Source of the DNA: Saccostrea echinata
Taxonomy: Eukaryota
NCBI RefSeq assembly: GCF_033153115.1
Contig: NW_026889778.1
Coordinates: 44,764,001 to 44,828,000, forward strand
Reading direction: 5' to 3'
Length of the DNA stretch: 64,000 nucleotides
The notes beneath the pieces were generated by a model. The model worked only from the letters and a program-made list of their open reading frames with translations, was not told the DNA's origin and ran no database searches. Below, one piece after another: positions 61,493-64,000 of this stretch. Every line of letters starts with the position of its first letter. Position 1 is the first letter of the stretch. The position numbers and the translations under genes are program-made.

Positions 61493-62899
61493 TCAGTCAG
61501 TAGTACTGTTCTGATGAACTGATCATGCGTAATTGCCTAATTTATAGTCCAAATTGAGGACCCGTGAGAGCGCACGATGCTTTGAAAAGTTCGGAACGTT
61601 ACCAAAGCGGTATTGTGACAAGCTTTACGATTGGTCAGCTTGGCATGATGGGAATGTTTACATTTCTTGCCCCACAGGAATTTTAACCACATTTAATTAA
61701 TTTTGATTCTTTAATTTCTTCACATATAGGCAAGTTTATGTTCAATTTATTCACCTAAACCAAAATATTGGTACGTGGAGGTACATATATACATTTTATA
61801 CAAACTGGTATACAAAACAACAACAACAAAAAAAAAAAAAAAAACATGACAGAAAATGAATAAAAATGATAAAGAGAGAGAGGGGAATTATATCAAGCAG
61901 GACAGACAGCATCATAATTTTTTAGGATAAACATACACAATTTTTTGTTTTGTTGTTGTTATTTTTTTTATTTCAGTATTTTTTGCTTTGAGTTTAACAA
62001 AATAAATACCGTTGTTGCCGAATGATAATTAAAACGTGGGTGGGTGGGTGGGGATTAAGTTATTCAAAGGAAAGGGGTGTGACAGATAACACCGAAATAA
62101 TACAAAATGTAGAAGCTGAATGAAACTTTTGATTCTCATTCATTTATGATATCTAGTTATAGATGTGATCATTTATTTGATTTCCTCTTTTCTCAGTTAA
62201 TTTTCAAAGGCAACTTTAAGCAGTGACCAAACCGGCTTTATAAATGAGCCTTTTTCATTTTATTACACGCCACGTTAGAACGAATATCGTTATATTTGAC
62301 GTTGTTTAGAAATCAATAAAAATCATACTTTGAATATAAATGAAATACGGAATTGCAGTTCTGAAATGCATGTACTCGCATATGTGCATAGCTGTAGAAC
62401 TAATGAGATAAAGTTGTAATACTGTTATTATTTTTTGCTTCGACACATTCCATCATATTCTATTTAAATAATTGTGCTATTTTCTAATTTATTTCGCAAA
62501 ATTCTTGAATGTATTCTAGAGGGGCAGGTTGATGGACTTGTACAAAATATAGTTTCAAGATGTGTAGACAACTTCTACAACAAATTGATGATGACAATAG
62601 TACTATGAAATTGTCTAGCATTGTGCTCTTTCATAATTTATGTAATTATATATATGCAAGGCACAGATATATTCACTGAAGGATGTATTGTGTCTCAACA
62701 TTTTTTTTTTTTTTTTTTTTTTTTTTTTCCAATTTGGGGGCATTGTTCGCTGAATTTGATAAAATTTATTAATTTCGGCCAAATAATTCAACATTATTTT
62801 CAGAGATGTTTCAACGTCTGAACAGAAGGCATCTTTTCGAAGAATGTAGGTGGCCGTGAAAACGGCCGTTTGCTTTAGGACTTGAAATACAGCTTAAAA

Positions 62900-63319
<420 letters not shown>

Positions 63320-64000
63320 TCAGATTATTCAAACTCGAATGAATGAAGTGGCAGTGTTGCGCCATGAACTTATATATCTTTGTAAGCTCAAGTTGAAAAT
63401 CGCTGCGGTCTACCAGTCGGCTTAGTCGATTGGCTGGTGCCCGCAGTAACACTCGCTACGATTAGTCAGGTGAACGAGATGACCATTGGCTACGTCTGTA
63501 GGTAGTTTCAATCCACAGAATTGCCCCAAAAGAAAAAGAAAATCAAGTCGGTTTTTGACACATGATTTCACTGCAGATACATATAGTCAAATATTTTTTT
63601 TTTAAATATATATATGGTGAATAATGGGGATGAATGTAACGTCAATTGAATAGAAAATAGAATTATTTATTATATATATATACATATATTTTCAATTCGT
63701 TATTGAAGCAAAATGCATTTTCGAAAAATATATATTATATATTTCTTGTCATTATTTCCTCCTACCATTATCTGAACAAGCCCAGTAATATTACTAAGTA
63801 TCATGATACTTGCAGATAATCAGAATGGTGCATATAGGATGAACAGGAATTACCCTGTTGCAAAAACAAGAACAAAACAAATAATACAAATAAATGAATA
63901 ATTAATTAAATGAATGAATAATTAAATAAATGAATGAATGAATAAATGAAAAGAATAAATAAATGAAACGAATAAGAATGTATGTATCTGTCTTTCAATA

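Overview
AT-rich animal DNA, very probably a bivalve such as an oyster (inferred from the [18 protein letters not shown]-type H2B tail and the transposon types). The window shows the left edge of a tandem replication-dependent histone array. Bases 1-10.6 kb are a transposon-rich flank: hAT-like, Harbinger/Zator-like and foldback MITEs, a Helitron 3' end, a 31-bp minisatellite, a minus-strand ParB/Sulfiredoxin-fold ORF with an ISRE-like motif, an orphan H2B 5' fragment and a 5'-truncated RTE-X-like LINE that abuts the array. Bases 10.6-64 kb hold seven quintet units (U0-U6) in the order H1(-), H2A(-), H2B(+), H4(-), H3(-), with a full period of about 8.2 kb. Damage increases toward the edge. 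U0 has a frameshifted H1, an H2A/H2B promoter deletion, a Kolobok-like insertion and a divergent H4 (R3S, K16M, K20T, R23I, K31N), yet a canonical H3. U1 lost the 5' part of H1. U2 and U3 lost H2B through a microhomology deletion that also damages the H4 3'-processing signal. U4-U6 are complete. All five gene types have stem-loops, several non-canonical, followed after exactly 13 nt by GAAAAGATRCC. A 177-211 bp N block hides the same spacer position in each complete H3-H1 spacer. I found no clearly new biological system; the strongest leads are the variant H4, the ParB/Srx ORF, the 3'-end code and the masked block.
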